A stretch of DNA of 64,000 nt from an uncultured Chloroflexia bacterium (GTDB lineage Bacteria; Chloroflexota; Limnocylindria; Limnocylindrales; CSP1-4): assembly GCA_963781705.1 (NCBI GenBank), contig CAWAGP010000010.1, positions 392,782 through 456,781 on the forward strand, written 5' to 3'. The notes below the pieces were generated by a model. It did not search any database and was not told where the DNA came from. It saw only the letters and a program-made list of their open reading frames with translations. Both the position numbers and the translations under genes were made by a program. Positions 1 to 9,077 of the stretch are shown here, piece after piece; within the stretch, counting starts at the first letter, position 1; each line of letters begins with the position of its first letter.

Positions 1-384
1 GGCCTTGGACTGTCGATGGACAAGATGTTCGTCAACCTCGACCGGTACGGGAACACCTCGGCGGCGTCGGTACCCATCGCGCTCGCCGAGGCGGTGGATT
101 CGGGCCGCGTCAAGATCGGCGACAAGATCGTGCTCGTCGCCTTTGGCGCCGGCCTGACTTCGGGCGGCATTGCGCTCGAGTGGACCGCGGATCCGCGCTG
201 TGGCGAGCGGGCGGCGCTGGTCGAGCCGGTGGCGCACGTGCGCGAGCCGCTCGACTGGTCGTCGGTCGACCCGATCCCGGATCGCCTGCGCGAGGTACTC
301 GAGGGCGGCAGCGGCCCGCGCGTGCCGCTCGACGACGTAGTTCCCGGCGACCCCGAACCGGCCCATCGCGACGTTCCCGCCTAA
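1..384 (+). CDS. fabH: 3-oxoacyl-ACP synthase III, C-terminal part (5' truncated by window)
   Basis: [17 protein letters not shown] and AFGAGLT motifs of KAS III; lies upstream of fabG. Confidence 0.93.
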   Translation, partial: GLGLSMDKMFVNLDRYGNTSAASVPIALAEAVDSGRVKIGDKIVLVAFGAGLTSGGIALEWTADPRCGERAALVEPVAHVREPLDWSSVDPIPDRLREVLEGGSGPRVPLDDVVPGDPEPAHRDVPA

Positions 385-423
385 CCCGTCGTCCGGACGG
401 GCCGTGAACACCGGCGGGCCGCG

Positions 424-640
424 ACTTCTGACATTTGTCGCCGCTGACCGACCTTAATCGCCTCCCAGCAGCCAACTTCTGACATTTGTCGCCGATGGAC
501 GACACTACGCCGGTCGTCGGCCTCCCCGGCACCTTTCCGAAGCCTGATCACGCTCAAGCTGAGCGTGGCGGCGCCTTCCGTACCCGTCGGATGGTTGACG
601 GATTGCGCGTACGGTCGACAGAGCCGACATCTGACAGAAA
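424..640. repeat. Hairpin repeat cassette A: two direct units (424-456, 475-507) plus an inverted unit (610-640)
   Basis: Exact 20-bp repeat ACTTCTGACATTTGTCGCCG at 424-443 and 475-494, each followed by a CGAC(C/A)(T/C)TA box giving a GTCG-N8-CGAC hairpin; a reverse-oriented copy TACGGTCG-N7-CGACATCTGACAGAAA lies inside the end of the HTH-nuclease gene. Confidence 0.8.
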
Positions 641-1288
641 CCAGATGCCACCGATCGCCCCGTCCGGTTGGCGAAGCCAGCGGCGCAGCGCCCGCGAGCC
701 CTCCGGCAACGACGCACGCAACGCGCCAGCATGACGCTCGACCTGGCGCCGACAGGTCCGATCTTCGGGCAGGACAAGTACGCGACCAACGTGCCGGGCG
801 TGCCAGCCGAAGCGCTCACGAACGACCTGAGCCGCCAGCCGGCATTTCACGTCGAACGGTCGAAGCGTGCCTTCGACGCTCGCGAGTTCTGACTTGACTT
901 CGATCACAAGCAGTGTCCGGCTGGTGGCGTGCCAGGCGACCACGTCGATCGAGCCTCGCTCGCCATAACTCGAGTACGAGACCTCGACGCGCACCTCCCA
1001 GCCGTGGCGTTGGAGAAGCCCGGTCATGGCGCCGACCAGCCGCGCATGTGTCTCGTCGATCAGTCGGTCCCCTGCTGCCCCGCGGTAGGAGGCGTTCAGC
1101 AGCAGGCGGATTTCGAGCGCGCCCAGGCATCGCTCGAGCTCGTCCAGGCGAAGATCGCCCAATCGCCCGGCTTCCACGTCGATCACTTTCCAGCGCCCCA
1201 CGTGCGCACGGGCTGCGAGATCCGCCTGCGTTATCCGCGCGCGATGCCTGACGACTCGCACCAGCCGGCCGAGTTGCCGGTCGTTCAC
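554..1288 (-). CDS. XRE-family HTH protein fused to a PD-(D/E)XK (DUF559/Vsr-like) nuclease domain
   Basis: N-terminal HTH (ITQADLAARAHVGRWKVIDVEAG); C-terminal E...SIDVVAWH...LLVIEVKS motif. Confidence 0.85.
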   Translation of the reverse strand: MNDRQLGRLVRVVRHRARITQADLAARAHVGRWKVIDVEAGRLGDLRLDELERCLGALEIRLLLNASYRGAAGDRLIDETHARLVGAMTGLLQRHGWEVRVEVSYSSYGERGSIDVVAWHATSRTLLVIEVKSELASVEGTLRPFDVKCRLAAQVVRERFGWHARHVGRVLVLPEDRTCRRQVERHAGALRASLPEGSRALRRWLRQPDGAIGGIWFLSDVGSVDRTRNPSTIRRVRKAPPRSA

Positions 1289-1304
1289 CCTCAGATGATC
1301 GGCA

Positions 1305-1370
1305 CGGCCGCTTATCGGCCGCTCATCGGCCGCTTATCGGCTGCCTATCGGCCGCTCATCGGCTGGTTAC
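1305..1370. repeat. 11-bp tandem repeat x6 (consensus CGGCCGCTYAT) between the divergent HTH-nuclease gene and fabG
   Basis: Units cggccgcttat, cggccgctcat, cggccgcttat, cggctgcctat, cggccgctcat, cggctggttac read directly. Confidence 0.9.
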
Positions 1371-1373
1371 ACT
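1368..1373 (+). promoter_or_regulatory. -10 element (TACACT) 6 nt before the fabG ATG; likely leaderless promoter
   Basis: TANNNT hexamer 6 nt before ATG 1380, no Shine-Dalgarno. Confidence 0.6.
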
Positions 1374-1379
1374 CGGTCG

Positions 1380-2129
1380 ATGATCGATCTGAGCGGCAAA
1401 TCGGCCATCGTCACCGGCGGCTCGCGCGGCATCGGGCGCGCCATCGTGCTGCGCCTCGCGGCGCAGGGCGCGGACGTCACCTTCTCCTATCGCGGCAACA
1501 CCAGCGCGGCCGACGAAGCCGTCGCGGCCGTGCAGGCGCTCGGCCGGCAGGCGCTCGCGATCCAGGGCGACGCCGCCGATCCGGCGGCGGCCGAGGCGCT
1601 CGTCAAGGCGGCGCTCGAGGCGCACGGCAAGGTCGACGTCCTGGTCAACAACGCGGGCATCACCCGCGACGACCTCATCATGCGCATGAGCCCGGACGAC
1701 TTTCGCGCGGTGCTCGAGACGAACCTGTTCGGCGCGTTCTACGCGATCAAGGCGGTCACCCGGCCGATGCTGCGCGCCAAGTCGGGCAGGATCGTCAACA
1801 TCACATCGGTCAGCGGCCAGGCCGGCCAGATGGGCCAGGCCAACTACTCGTCGGCCAAGGCCGGCCTGATCGGGCTGACCAAGGCCACCGCACGCGAGCT
1901 GGCGTCAAGAGGAATCACCTGCAACGCCGTCGCGCCCGGTTTCGTGCTGACCGAGTTGACCCAGGGGTTGGCCGATGAATGGAAGCAACGCATAACCGAG
2001 CAGACACCGCTGGGCCGCTTCGGGACGCCCGATGAGATCGCCTACGCCGTCGCCTTCCTGGCCTCCGACGAAGCCGCTTTCATCACCGGCCAGGTGCTGG
2101 CCGTCGACGGCGGCCTGGTGATGATGTAG
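1380..2129 (+). CDS. fabG: 3-oxoacyl-ACP reductase
   Basis: TGGSRGIG, NNAGITRD, GQANYSSAKAG (YxxxK), ITGQVLAVDGG. Confidence 0.96.
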   Translation: MIDLSGKSAIVTGGSRGIGRAIVLRLAAQGADVTFSYRGNTSAADEAVAAVQALGRQALAIQGDAADPAAAEALVKAALEAHGKVDVLVNNAGITRDDLIMRMSPDDFRAVLETNLFGAFYAIKAVTRPMLRAKSGRIVNITSVSGQAGQMGQANYSSAKAGLIGLTKATARELASRGITCNAVAPGFVLTELTQGLADEWKQRITEQTPLGRFGTPDEIAYAVAFLASDEAAFITGQVLAVDGGLVMM

Positions 2130-2148
2130 TTGCCAGCGCGCGGGCCGG

Positions 2149-4665
2149 TCAGGGGGCCGGGTAGAAGGCGGTCAGATTCAGCGGGCCCGGCTTCGACCAG
2201 CCGTTGACGGTCACGAAGTCGGTGCGACCGTTGTGGTCGTAGTCGATCGCCAGCACCTCGTCGGCACTGCCACTGCCCGGCTGGGGGATCGCCATCTGGC
2301 TGAAAGAGCTGCCGTCGCCGTCGTTGACCAGCATCAGGTTGCCGCTGTTGCCGGCGACGTGGCGCGCGACGTAGATGTCCGGCAGGCCATCGCCGTTGAC
2401 GTCGCCGACGGCCATCGACACGCCGTCGGTGACGTCCAGTTGATACGCCTGGTGGAATGTGCCGCCGGATTGCAGACTGACGCTCAGCAGTTGCTTGCTC
2501 AGCTCGGCCAGGTCGGGCGTGCCGTCGCCGTTGAAGTCGGCGACGAGCATCTGCGACACGCCGCCGATCAGGATGCCCAGCTGGGCCGTGCGGTCGACGA
2601 AGTGGCCGTTCTCGTTGTAGTAGATGCGCGCGCCGGCCGGCATCGTCGCGGCAGAATGGACGGCAGCCGTCGGTGAGCTGGCCGCCGCTTCTTCGGCCGC
2701 ATCGGTCGGCTCGGTGGTGCACACCAGCAGCTCGTCCTTGCCGTCGCCGTTGAGGTCGGCCGCGTTGACGCAGCCGTAACCGATCGACAGGTCGACACCC
2801 CAACTGGGCGCGGAGACGAAGCCCGTGCCATCGACGTTCTGGTAGAGCCGGTTCGAACTCCACAGCCCGTCCGAGCGGTTCGGCTCGTTGACAACGTAGA
2901 CGTCCGGGTACGGGTCGCCGCCCAGGTTCAGGAAGTGCACATCGCGAGCGCGACCGAAGCCGTCGATCAACCCGAACTGGGTCGACGCCCAGGTGCCGCC
3001 GCCGTCACCCACGTTGAGCGTGAGCTCGTCGGGCTTGTTGCTCGTGCCCTTGTTGACGCCGACGGCGCAGAACAGGTCGAGCTGGCCGTTGAGGTCCACG
3101 TCCGCGGCGTCGCAGCCGTGCCGGTCGCGCACGGTGAAATCGCCGACCAGCCGGCTGAATACGCCCGACGCGCTGTTGAGCATCAGCACCGGCACATCGA
3201 GGTAGTGCCGATTCATATAGATGTCGTCGTAGCCGTCACCGTTGAAGTCGCCGACCACACCACCCCACGTGAGCGACGAGAGTTCCGGGATGTCCAACCC
3301 GGCGCCGTCCGTGACGTCGATCGCGACCGTGTTGGCGATGGGCACCGTGTCGGCGACGAACGTGTCGGGCACATCGGGCGTGGCGGGTACGTCGTCATCG
3401 ATCTCGTCCACGGTTCCGCCTCCGGCGCCATCCTGCGCCGCTGGGTCGGGCACGCCGAGCGGACCGCCGACCGCCGGCCCGCCGGACGCGCCACCGCTGC
3501 ACGGCAGCAGCGTCACGCCGTGCCCATCGACGAAGCCGACGGCGACGGCACCGCTGCCCAGCGATGCCGCGCTCATGATCGCGGACATCTGCGCGGCGCT
3601 TCCTGTCGATAGGCTGGTCACCTGCCAGCTGCCACCGTTCAGCACAGCCAGCACATCGCGGACCTGTGCGTCGACCCGCATGCCGCCCACGACCAGTGCG
3701 CCCGCGGCGTCGACGGTGACCGTCTCGAGCACGAGCGACTGGCCGGCTGCCCACGGCAGAGCGACGTTGCTCCACCTTGTGCCATTCCAGTGCTGCAGGA
3801 TCGGAACGTAACCGTGGGCGCCCTCGACGAAACCAGCCGCCCAGCCGTCGGTCGGACTCGCAAAGGCCAGGTCGAGGATCGAGGCGCGGCCGGCCGGGAC
3901 GGCGGCCAGCGGTGTCGTGTGCCACTTGCCCGACGACGTCCGGTAGACGACCCACGGCCGGCCCTGACCGGTGTCGTCGGTCCGCCATCCACCAGCCCAG
4001 ACGCGCCCGCTGGGATCGACCGCCGCGGCGGTCAGGCCAGCCTGCGCGCCGGCGGGGACGTGCGGCGACAGCGTTCGCCAGCCCTTCGGGCGATGGAGCA
4101 TCGCCACGGGTTTCATCTTGCTCGTTTGGAGTCGCGCGCCGACTGCCCAGAAACGGCGACTGTCGAGCGCGGCGAGGTCGGTGAAGACTGCCCATTGGCC
4201 CTTCGGCCGGGGAACAACGAGCCTGGCCCAGGACGTGCCGTTCCACTGCGCCGCGATCGGCCAGCGCACGTAGATGCCCTTCGCACCGACCATCCAGGCG
4301 TTGTCGGCCGATGTCGCCTGGATGGCGTTCAGGACGCCGTATGACTTCCACGGTGCGGGTACCTTCACCCAGCCGCCGTTGCTCCAGCGGCCGATCATCA
4401 TCACGCGCGGATCGGCGCGCGGCAGGGGCAGGCCCACGATCCAGGCTGGCTGCCCGTCGATCGCGGCGACGGCATGCGGCTCAAGGCCGTCGAGCGAAGC
4501 GGGCAGGCCGACCGTCGTCCAGCCGTCGACGCAGCTGTCGTCGGCCAGTGCCGCCGGCGGCGATGCGGTCGCAGCCGGCGCCGATGCGGTCACGGCCGGC
4601 GCCAGCACCAGTACGAGCCCGGCCAGCGCGACCCATGCGGCGCGCGCATAACCGGCGATCATCAT
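2149..4665 (-). CDS. Secreted FG-GAP/VCBS repeat protein with an N-terminal beta-propeller
   Basis: Signal peptide; Trp-rich propeller repeats (WMVG, QWNGTSW, QHWNGTRW); several GDFNGDGYDD/ADLNGDGKDE/GDVNGDGLPD repeats. Confidence 0.85.
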   Translation of the reverse strand: MMIAGYARAAWVALAGLVLVLAPAVTASAPAATASPPAALADDSCVDGWTTVGLPASLDGLEPHAVAAIDGQPAWIVGLPLPRADPRVMMIGRWSNGGWVKVPAPWKSYGVLNAIQATSADNAWMVGAKGIYVRWPIAAQWNGTSWARLVVPRPKGQWAVFTDLAALDSRRFWAVGARLQTSKMKPVAMLHRPKGWRTLSPHVPAGAQAGLTAAAVDPSGRVWAGGWRTDDTGQGRPWVVYRTSSGKWHTTPLAAVPAGRASILDLAFASPTDGWAAGFVEGAHGYVPILQHWNGTRWSNVALPWAAGQSLVLETVTVDAAGALVVGGMRVDAQVRDVLAVLNGGSWQVTSLSTGSAAQMSAIMSAASLGSGAVAVGFVDGHGVTLLPCSGGASGGPAVGGPLGVPDPAAQDGAGGGTVDEIDDDVPATPDVPDTFVADTVPIANTVAIDVTDGAGLDIPELSSLTWGGVVGDFNGDGYDDIYMNRHYLDVPVLMLNSASGVFSRLVGDFTVRDRHGCDAADVDLNGQLDLFCAVGVNKGTSNKPDELTLNVGDGGGTWASTQFGLIDGFGRARDVHFLNLGGDPYPDVYVVNEPNRSDGLWSSNRLYQNVDGTGFVSAPSWGVDLSIGYGCVNAADLNGDGKDELLVCTTEPTDAAEEAAASSPTAAVHSAATMPAGARIYYNENGHFVDRTAQLGILIGGVSQMLVADFNGDGTPDLAELSKQLLSVSLQSGGTFHQAYQLDVTDGVSMAVGDVNGDGLPDIYVARHVAGNSGNLMLVNDGDGSSFSQMAIPQPGSGSADEVLAIDYDHNGRTDFVTVNGWSKPGPLNLTAFYPAP

Positions 4666-4671
4666 TGGGGT

Positions 4672-5622
4672 CTAGTCCCGGTAACCCAGCCGGCGCATCG
4701 GCGCCGACAGGACGCTGGTCAACCAGCGCCGAGCGACCGGATGGATGAGCGAATGCCAACGGGTGGCAGCGCCCGGGTCGAGGCCCTGCTCGCCCCATCT
4801 GAATCCGTGTGAGTACACCTTCACGGCCGCCGGGTCGGGCGGCATGGGCACGCCAAGGAAAGCAAATACCTGCTCCAGCGTCTCGTCCGGCTTCTGCACG
4901 ACATCCTCGAACCGCACGAGGCGATACCGATCTGGAAAACGCTCAGCGAAGTCGGCATGGCGCCGGGCGGCTCCGCTCCACACGATCGTCACCTGGAGCA
5001 GGAGCACGGTCGACAGTGCCAGCGGCACGTGTGCCAGCCAGCTGTACGGGCGGCGAAGCTTGGTCTCGCGGCGATGCTGCTCGGATACGTAGACCGCCCG
5101 CGGATCGCGGATCATATGGACGACGCGTCCGTTGGGGAACCACGACAGCAGCGTATCGACGTGGCCCAGATGAGCGGGAGTCTTCTCGCCCATGATCGGC
5201 CGGCCCCGGCTGTCCGCGTATGCGCGCAAGAACGCGGCCATCAGGCCCCGCTCATTCCGGTCTGCCGGCGGCATGTCAAGCAGTCGCCGCTCCATCTCAT
5301 CGCGCGGCACGTTCTTGACCAACCAGCGCCAGTACGGGCTGAGTTCGCGTAAGTGTGACCTGCGCTGAAACTCGCCCGAATAGATCATCTCGACGATCCT
5401 GCTCAGCACGGCGTCGTCTGTCAGATTGCCGGCCCTGCGAAAGTAGTAACGCGCACCTTCGCGTTCGAGCAGGTGGCCCAGGAAGTGATTCTCCGGCGCC
5501 AGTGCTATCAGCTCGGAGCGCTCGAGGATGTTGCGCATGAGCGTCGTGCCGCTACGGCTGACGCCGACGACGAAGATCGCCTCCGGGGCCTCCTCGGCCG
5601 GGCCGGTTGGTTGGGGCGTCAC
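4672..5622 (-). CDS. Sulfotransferase (Sulfotransfer_3 type)
   Basis: 5'-PSB GVSRSGTTLM, GEKTPAH, 3'-PB IRDPRAVYVS, VRFEDVV; overlaps the cysC stop. Confidence 0.92.
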   Translation of the reverse strand: MTPQPTGPAEEAPEAIFVVGVSRSGTTLMRNILERSELIALAPENHFLGHLLEREGARYYFRRAGNLTDDAVLSRIVEMIYSGEFQRRSHLRELSPYWRWLVKNVPRDEMERRLLDMPPADRNERGLMAAFLRAYADSRGRPIMGEKTPAHLGHVDTLLSWFPNGRVVHMIRDPRAVYVSEQHRRETKLRRPYSWLAHVPLALSTVLLLQVTIVWSGAARRHADFAERFPDRYRLVRFEDVVQKPDETLEQVFAFLGVPMPPDPAAVKVYSHGFRWGEQGLDPGAATRWHSLIHPVARRWLTSVLSAPMRRLGYRD

Positions 5623-6188
5623 CCTTGGCGTGCGCTCTGTTTCCGGAGGTGGTCGATGACCGCGGCCGCATTCTGCTCGACGGTGCGGTCCACCGTCGTC
5701 AGGTGCAACTCGGGCGAGAGCGGCGGTTCGTAAGGGTCACCGACGCCGGTCATCTGCTTGACCTCGCCGCGCTGCGCGCCGGCGTACAGACCCTTCACGT
5801 CGCGCTCGGCACAGACCTCGAGCGGCGTGTCGACGAAGATCTCCACGAACGATCCCGCCCCGCCGGCCACCTCGACCATCTCTCGTGCCTCGGCCCGTGC
5901 CGCGCGATAAGGGCTGACCAGCGCGCACACGACAACTCCACCATGGCGCACGATCTCGGCGGCAACGAAGCCGACCCGACGGACGTTCTCGTCGCGATCC
6001 TCTCGTGAGAATCCGAGGCCGCGCGACAGGTGGGTGCGCACAACATCGCCGTCGAGCACGGTCACCGGCCGGCCAAGGGCCTCGATCAGCGGCACGACCG
6101 CCTCGGCGGTCGTCGTCTTGCCCGAGCCTGACAGCCCGGTGAACCACAGGCATACGCCCGGGCTCGGTGAGGAATGATCCTGGTGCAT
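5619..6188 (-). CDS. cysC: Adenylyl-sulfate (APS) kinase
   Basis: WFTGLSGSGKTT, LDGDVVRTHLSRGLGFSREDRDENVRR, ERDVKGLY, DPYEPP. Confidence 0.97.
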   Translation of the reverse strand: MHQDHSSPSPGVCLWFTGLSGSGKTTTAEAVVPLIEALGRPVTVLDGDVVRTHLSRGLGFSREDRDENVRRVGFVAAEIVRHGGVVVCALVSPYRAARAEAREMVEVAGGAGSFVEIFVDTPLEVCAERDVKGLYAGAQRGEVKQMTGVGDPYEPPLSPELHLTTVDRTVEQNAAAVIDHLRKQSARQG

Positions 6189-6420
6189 GGCGGTGAACAG
6201 GCTACCGTCCCGCTGACAAACCGTATCGGCCGGGGGTCGAGGGCCCGCGATTGATGGTCACTTCGGCCACGATCTTGCGGGGATGGCCGTTGGGGACCGC
6301 ATACCATACGGGAGATGATGCCCAGCGAGGAGTCGATTGCCACCTACTGACAGCCGCTTGCCTCCGGCGAGGTCAGGGCGTCTTGACCACGTGCAGGACG
6401 GCCCCAGTCCCGCTTCCGAA

Positions 6421-7269
6421 ATGCAGGTAACTGCGGTCGTCCCGATGTATAACGCCAGGGCGACGATCCTTCGCGCACTCGATTCAATCCGGATGCAGAC
6501 AAAGGCTGTCACGCAAATCCTGGTCGTTGACGATGGATCAACCGACGGATCACGCGATGTGGTTGAGTCAGCCCAAATCCCGAACCTGGTGCTCATCCGC
6601 ACGCCAGCCAACGGGGGACCAGGTGCGGCGCGCAACCTGGGGGCTAAATCGGCTGTCACTGATTGGGTGGCGATGCTGGATGCGGACGACATCTGGATGC
6701 CGACGTTCCTGGAGCGCGTGTGTGAGGCGATCTCCCGCTTCGACGCCCAGTTCGGAAGCAGTGGTGGCGTGCGCTCCAAGACCTATCAAGGGAAGTCGTC
6801 GAGGCAAACCCGTCTGATCGATGGGCCGCACGAAGCACTCGATCTCTCGCCGCGCCTTTGGCGCGTCGCGTTCCGTTTCATACCAATTCATTGCTCGGCG
6901 CTGGTGGTAAGCAGACGCCTATTCGAGCACGTCGGTGGTTTTCCCGAAGATGTGCGAACCGGCGAGGACGTTTCGTTGTGGGCAACATTGTGGTTGAACG
7001 GGCGATTTGCGTTCGTCAATGAGCCGCTGTTTGAGTCAGTTGCCACCGATAATGGCCTTAGTGCAGGACGTCTTTCGTACACGGATGTACGACGGGGCAG
7101 CGCGCGGATGCTGCATGCGCTGGTTGAGTCGCTTGGTTCTGGGCGCAAGGGAAGAGGTTGGTTCGCGGCTTGGCTCATTGTGCGCATCGCCCGGCGCCAC
7201 CTGTCGTGGATGGTCCGCAAACTGAGGCTGCGCGCTACGTGGAACCGCCTGTCGTCCGTCCGCGCGTAG
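6421..7269 (+). CDS. Glycosyltransferase family 2
   Basis: VVPMYN, VVDDGSTD, AARNLG, LDADD, GED; start could lie upstream (ORF opens at 6337). Confidence 0.9.
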   Translation: MQVTAVVPMYNARATILRALDSIRMQTKAVTQILVVDDGSTDGSRDVVESAQIPNLVLIRTPANGGPGAARNLGAKSAVTDWVAMLDADDIWMPTFLERVCEAISRFDAQFGSSGGVRSKTYQGKSSRQTRLIDGPHEALDLSPRLWRVAFRFIPIHCSALVVSRRLFEHVGGFPEDVRTGEDVSLWATLWLNGRFAFVNEPLFESVATDNGLSAGRLSYTDVRRGSARMLHALVESLGSGRKGRGWFAAWLIVRIARRHLSWMVRKLRLRATWNRLSSVRA

Positions 7270-7271
7270 AC

Positions 7272-8231
7272 CTACGGTTCAGTGCCGAACCATTCGGCGC
7301 CCAGGTTGCGGCCGATGAGCCGGCCCAGGCGGGCGACATCGGGGGCGAAGAACTCCTCCAGCTGCGCGTACAGCTCGGGCGACATCGGCGGACGCTGGTA
7401 GGCGCGCCGATTGAAGCGGCTGCGGCTGAATCGGCGGGCGATGCGATAGGCCGACTTTTCGCCGATTACCGCAGGCAGCACGCGATGGCGCAGGCCCTGG
7501 GCCACCCGGCTGTCGACCAGCCCGCGCACGAAGCCGCCGCGCCGGCGGTTGCTGCGGTTGCGCGCCTCGAAGGAAGCCGGCGTGTACGTGGGGTCGACGG
7601 CCAGGAACTCGAGCACCTTGCGGAACTCGCCGGCCGTGTCGCGGGCAAAGTCTCCGAACACGATCACGTGCACCCGCTCGCGCCCGAAGGCGTCCAGCCA
7701 GCGCTGCAACTGCTCGCCCAGCAGCGCGTTGTCGGCGTAGACCGCGCCGAGCGAATTGAAGTTCTCCGGCAGCCGCCGGCCGGCGCGTCGATCGTCTTCC
7801 GCGGCCACGGCCGCGGCGAAGTCGACGATCGGCTCGGCACCGTTCGAGACGCGTTCGTTGTGCAGCGCGTACATCAGGTCGACCGGATTGCGCAACATGG
7901 CGATGATGCGCGACTCGGGCTGGAAGTCGTGCACCAGTCCGGCGGCGACCTTTGAGACGAGGTAGTTGGTCGATGCCTCGCCCAGCCACTTCTGGTCGGT
8001 CGCGTCCTCGAACAGGGCCAGGTAGGCGGCCTCGTCGTCGGGGTAGTGATACGGACGGCGCAGGCTGCCGTGCACGTCGGACGAGAAGTAGAACGGCTCC
8101 TTGACCGGTGACATGTAGATCTCGGGATGACCCTCGAGGTAGGCATACAGCGAGGTCGTCGCCGATTTGGGCGCGCCCACGATGAACAGGTTTGGCTTGT
8201 GGACGGCCGCCGTCGGCGCGGTCGCCGTCAT
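7272..8231 (-). CDS. Sulfotransferase (heparan-sulfate ST-like, Sulfotransfer_1)
   Basis: FIVGAPKSATTSL, KEPFYF, GEASTNY, MLRNPVD; ATG 8231 overlaps the upstream stop. Confidence 0.93.
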   Translation of the reverse strand: MTATAPTAAVHKPNLFIVGAPKSATTSLYAYLEGHPEIYMSPVKEPFYFSSDVHGSLRRPYHYPDDEAAYLALFEDATDQKWLGEASTNYLVSKVAAGLVHDFQPESRIIAMLRNPVDLMYALHNERVSNGAEPIVDFAAAVAAEDDRRAGRRLPENFNSLGAVYADNALLGEQLQRWLDAFGRERVHVIVFGDFARDTAGEFRKVLEFLAVDPTYTPASFEARNRSNRRRGGFVRGLVDSRVAQGLRHRVLPAVIGEKSAYRIARRFSRSRFNRRAYQRPPMSPELYAQLEEFFAPDVARLGRLIGRNLGAEWFGTEP

Positions 8232-9049
8232 CGCGACCGCCTCCGCAGCCGGCGCACCAGCCAGGTGCCGTTGCGCCTGACGACGGCTGCGGCGAACCAG
8301 ACCAGGAACCAGCCACTGCCGCGCTTGCGGGCGCGCAGCGAGCGCAGCAGGGTTCCCGCGACGGAACGCAACGGCACGTACACGTCCGTGTAGCGGATCC
8401 GCCCGGCACTGAGGCCGGTCGGCGGCGCGACCGAGGTGAACAGGGCGGCGTTGACGAACGCGAATCGTCCGTGCCGCCACAGCTCGGCCCACAGCGGTAC
8501 GTCTTCGCCGTTACGCGCGCCCTCGCAGTAGCCGTGCGTGGCGTTGAACAGGTCGCGCCGGACCACCGCCGACGAGGGATGGATGGGCATGAACTTCAGC
8601 GCCGTGCGCCAGAAGGCGTCGGTCAAGTCGAGCGCGTCCGGCGCACCTTCCAGCACACGCCGGAAGGTAGATCCGTCGCCGCGATAGCTGAGCCGGCGAA
8701 TGCCGCCGCTGCTGCCGAAATCGGCACCGAAACGCTCGATGGCGGCGCACACCGACGCCAGGAACTCGGGCGCCCACACGTCGTCGGCGTCGAGGAAGGC
8801 CAGCCACTCGGTTACCGCCTGCCGGGCACCAGTGTTGCGTGTGGCTGCCGGGCCGACGTTGCCGGCCAGGGAAATGACCTCCAGGTTGGCCAGTCCGGCC
8901 TGCCTGACGATCTGAACGGAGTCGTCGGTCGACTTGTCATCGACGACGAGGATCCTGGTCACGGGCTGCGTCTGCGCCTGGATCGACTCGAGCGTCTTGA
9001 TCACCGTCGCCTGCGCGTTGTGCATCGGCACAACGACGGTCACATCCAC
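8228..9049 (-). CDS. Glycosyltransferase family 2 (paralog of 6421-7269)
   Basis: VVPMHN, VVDDKSTD, TRNTG, FLDADD, GEDVPLW. Confidence 0.9.
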   Translation of the reverse strand: MDVTVVVPMHNAQATVIKTLESIQAQTQPVTRILVVDDKSTDDSVQIVRQAGLANLEVISLAGNVGPAATRNTGARQAVTEWLAFLDADDVWAPEFLASVCAAIERFGADFGSSGGIRRLSYRGDGSTFRRVLEGAPDALDLTDAFWRTALKFMPIHPSSAVVRRDLFNATHGYCEGARNGEDVPLWAELWRHGRFAFVNAALFTSVAPPTGLSAGRIRYTDVYVPLRSVAGTLLRSLRARKRGSGWFLVWFAAAVVRRNGTWLVRRLRRRSR

Positions 9050-9077
9050 GCGGCTGGACCTGATCGACGGCTCATGA

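Noticed and set aside
424-507. CRISPR or TIGR-type guide array
   Set aside because: Only two direct units per site and no Cas or Nop-domain gene nearby; kept instead as a REP-like cassette.
929-1978. 349-aa ORF and similar long Arg/Pro/Ala-rich alternative-frame ORFs throughout
   Set aside because: Expected shadow ORFs in high-GC DNA; they overlap well-supported genes and lack motifs.
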